Assembly (NCBI RefSeq): GCF_009914755.1
Contig: NC_060928.1
Direction: 5' to 3' (one strand)
Origin: the human T2T-CHM13v2.0 reference genome, Homo sapiens
DNA length: 64,000 bases
The stretch's first letter is position 1, and the number at the start of each line of letters is the position of its first letter. The notes beneath the pieces are model-generated. The model saw only the letters and a program-made list of their open reading frames with translations. It was not told the origin of the DNA and did not search any database. This document shows, piece after piece, positions 60,794 to 64,000 of the stretch. The translations under genes were made by a program, and so were the position numbers.

Positions 60794-60939
60794 CATTTAT
60801 GTGTAATCTTAATTCAACACTTATTGAGCGCCTACTGTATGTTTGGCATAAAATGGTGGTCCCTAATTTCAAAAGATTTGGAGTCTAGAGGGCAGAAATT
60901 GAAGAGGTTGGTGCTCTGCACGTCTGAGTCCGCCCACAG

Positions 60940-63900
60940 ACTGAATAAATAAGCTCTGCGTCGGCGCCCCTCACCTTTCTTTCATGGCCAGACTTTTCTC
61001 TGGCGGTTCCACAGCTGTCCTGACAGTGGAATTCAGACGGGGTGACCAAGCCCCTAGCCCACCTACCAGCGAAATCCAGCATCAGTTCCAGGGCAGCCGG
61101 ACCCGCGCCCGGGGACGACTGACCCTTAGCCCAAGGCTGCGGGGGCGTCGGAGTCCTGAAGCGCAGGCGAGGCAGGGCCAGCGGGACAGGGAGACTCAAG
61201 GCCCCAGGGGATCTGGGCGTTTGAAGACTCAGGTCAGACTCTGAGGCGCCCGTCTAAAGAGACCGGTTGTCTTTTCCCTAATTCAGGAGGCCAGGCTGTC
61301 CCTTGGGGCGTCGTACCGAGGGCAGATCACAGCCCTTCCCTCCTCACCACACTCCCTGTGCTTCCACCCAGCTGGTTCCCCGCCCTGTCCATCGCTGTCC
61401 TCAATCGCTTGTTGTCGTGGGCCCCCCTCTCCGGCCCACGTGGGGCCGCAGGGATCCACAGCTCATCTGACACACCTCGCTGCCCTGCACGCACCGGGAC
61501 CCCTCCATTCCGCCGGCCCCTCAGACACGCAGTAACACCCCAACATCTGCTGGGAAAAAAATCTTCCCCACGGCGGAGGAGTTCTCAGTCCCACGCGCCC
61601 AGAGTCGCACCCACTCGAGCCACCCGCCTGTTGCCGTCGCCACGCCCTCCAGCCGCAGCCCCAGCGCGCATTCCTACGGGTCGCCGGGTCTGTCGCCAGC
61701 GATCGAATGAAGTCGGCTGATCCCCCACGTGTGGCTGCTCCAGTGACACCCAGGGGAGGCCTCGGTCCTTACCCCTAGAGCAACCAATGGCTGCCTTAAT
61801 TCTTCAGCGGGGGCGTTCTTTTTCTTCCTCCCAAGCAGGCGGCCGTTGGGTCGGCCGAAGGCAGCAGCGACTACTACGGCTCTTCCTCTCCAATGGGATC
61901 CCCTGTCTGCCCGCGCGCCACAGTGACAGCTTCCAGATGCCTGTCTTTAGTCTCCCTTCTCAAGGGAAGCGGTGGGCGACCGAGGTGCGGCCTGGAGGGC
62001 CCCCATGTGGGAAGGGAAGACTTGCGGAAGGGCAATTCTTCCAGTGCGGAGACGAGGAGGCCAGCCCAGCCGCACTTCGGTCGCCCACCGCTCCGCCTGG
62101 TGGTCCGCAGCCCCTTCCAGGCCGGCTTCTCCGGGTGGGGCGTGCTAGTCCGGGGCTAACTTTCCGCCACGTGCTGTCCCTGCGACCCGTCTCCCCCGGT
62201 CGCCCTTCCTTCTCCCGGCGGCCGCTGGAGCTGCCCGCTTCGTGGAGCCGGTGGCAGGCCCCGGGGCTGGGAGCTCGCGCCCAGGCTTTTACTCAGATTC
62301 CAGCACCTGATGGAGCAGGGGGTGGCGGCCAGCGCACAGGCTGTCGGCATCTCATGGCAGCGGAGACGGTCGTTTGGGGACGGAGGGGCGAGCCCTGCGG
62401 CCGGGGCCAGTGGAGCTGGGCTCGGAGCCCGCCCACCATCCTCCCGCCCACCACCGCGGCCGGGCGCGCAGGCTCACACCCCTTCCTGGGGAAGCGAATG
62501 GTCCCTTCCAGGCGGGTGGCCATGTTGCTCTAATAAAGCGGGAGGGGCGGCGGCGTGGGGGGAGCAGATGCCGCTGGCTGCCAGCGGGACGCCGGCGAGC
62601 AGAGCGCAGCCGCGAGGGAGGCGCGAGGGAGGCGAGCCGGAGCCCGAGCACTAGCAGCAGCCGGAGTCGGCGGAAAGCACCCGGGCGCAGCCGGAGCCGG
62701 TGCCGCAGCTGCGATGGCCGTGGCCGTGGGGAGACCGTCTGTGAGTGCTGGGGCCTCGCCTGCTGCTCCTCGGGCGCCGGGTGGTCTCTGCTCTGGGGCG
62801 GGTGCGGTGAGGACCACAGGGGAGCCGGGCGGGTGCTCGGCCCCGCGGCGGCGGCGGCGACGGCTGTGGGTGTGTGCACGAATTTGGGCGCGCGTCTGGG
62901 GTCGGGGTTAGGAGCCCAGGGGCTCAGTTACGTGATGCAACAGTGGATCGCCTCGTCGCGCCCCTCTTCTGGGAATGCGAAAGAAAAAGGACCCCTCTCC
63001 TGTTCCCTTTAAAATAATTCTTTGAGGCGCGGCGTGTCTCAGCCGCCTCCCTCTGCCCGCGCACCTCTTCCCTCGTGACAGCCAGAAGGGCGCCGGGTTC
63101 GGGGCTTTCCTCCAGTCTCCCCCGCGCCGAGGGGGCGCTCAGGGCATGGGAATTGCGAGCTGAAGTGCTGCGTGTGGCACTGCTGTAGAAGCAGGTCAGA
63201 GGGGTGGGATTTCCGTGGTGGCCTCCCCAGCGCATTGTGAGATCCCGGACACCCTCGGGCATCCACCCGGCTGAGCGGGCCCTGCCCAGGATGTGGACAA
63301 AGCCCCAGATAACACACACAAAGTTTTCTGGAGGCTCCCTTGTGGTGTGGGTGGAAGGACTGAAATGTTCTGCGGCTGAAAGGCCGGGGGCGGCGGGCTG
63401 AGGAGGCTGGGACGCGAGGAAGAGGAAGGGCGGGCGGGTGCGTGAAGAATCGAGTGCCCCACGGCGGGAGGGAGGAGAGTAGGAGGGAGGAGATACCTTT
63501 GCCCCGAGTGTGTGGGCCAAGGCGCCGCGCCTACTGGGTTGCAAGACTCGGTCCGCGCCCCGGGGCCGGGCCGGAGGGGAGCGGGACTCCGAGGGTGCGG
63601 TTCAGTGGCCGCTCCGCATCCCCAAGTGAAAGGCGGAGGAAGGGGCGGCGGCGGCCTTTCCTTTTTTTTGAAAGGAGCGGAGCTGGGTGGGAAAGGCGGA
63701 GTCCTCCTGTTTTCCCTTTCCCCTTTTCATCGTCGATGTTCACAGTCTACTCGCCTTACTGGCTTTGGGGGCGCCTCGGGCGATGTCTTTCCCTGTCTAT
63801 CACCTCCTCTTCCCTTTTTCTTCTTCCCTTTCCCACAGCTGTGCAGCTGCAGGTGGTGGCTCGGGAGATTTTGTAGTTACAGACGAAAGACTTACTGAGA

Positions 63901-64000
63901 TACTGGAAGCTCGGAAATCCCAGAAATGCAAGGCTGTGCTCTCAGGCTCCCGGCTCTTCCCCCTCTCCCCGCCTAACTCCTCCCCAGATACGCGCGCCTT
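60940..64000. promoter_or_regulatory. CpG island / promoter of SEPTIN11
   Basis: High CpG density; CCAAT boxes (61784, 61890), CACGTG boxes (61437, 61726, 62168), a TATA-like TAATAAA (62531-62537) and a GC box (62545). Confidence 0.9.
62714..62740 (+). CDS. SEPTIN11: Septin-11, first coding exon (MAVAVGRPS); the gene continues beyond the window
   Basis: GCG-ATG-G Kozak context; encodes MAVAVGRPS, the known SEPT11 N-terminus. It is followed at once by a canonical phase-0 donor GTGAGT (62741), lies in a CpG island, and is syntenic with SOWAHB. Confidence 0.93.

Noticed and set aside
60885-63898. Long ORFs in the SEPTIN11 CpG island (e.g. 61787-62533 +, 62924-63544 -)
   Set aside because: GC-rich chance ORFs without recognisable domains; only the 9-codon exon with its splice donor is supported.

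Overview
This is human (great-ape type) genomic DNA, recognisable as the 4q21.1 interval between SOWAHB and SEPTIN11. It holds the complete intronless SOWAHB/ANKRD56 CDS on the minus strand (8230-10611), whose 5' half lies in a CpG island. It also holds a disabled processed RPL26 pseudogene (about 3800-4257) and the CpG-island promoter plus 27-nt first coding exon of SEPTIN11 (+, ATG 62714). The ~52 kb between these divergent genes is mostly interspersed repeats: Alu, L1M, L2, MIR, L3/CR1, MaLR/ERVL LTRs, Tigger/MER DNA transposons, a Made1, and one young full-length SVA inside a full-length Tigger1. I see no evidence for a new multi-gene system; almost all ORFs in the track are repeat-derived or GC-rich shadows. 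The best leads are small-scale. They are an SVA with a one-directional excess of A-to-G changes (possible fossil of ADAR editing), a triple nested Alu with intact target-site duplications, two apparent templated insertions copied from nearby DNA, an overlapping uORF and duplicated E2-box module at SOWAHB, and an MLT2A LTR pointing toward SOWAHB. Repeat subfamily names and consensus comparisons come from memory, and old-repeat boundaries are approximate.
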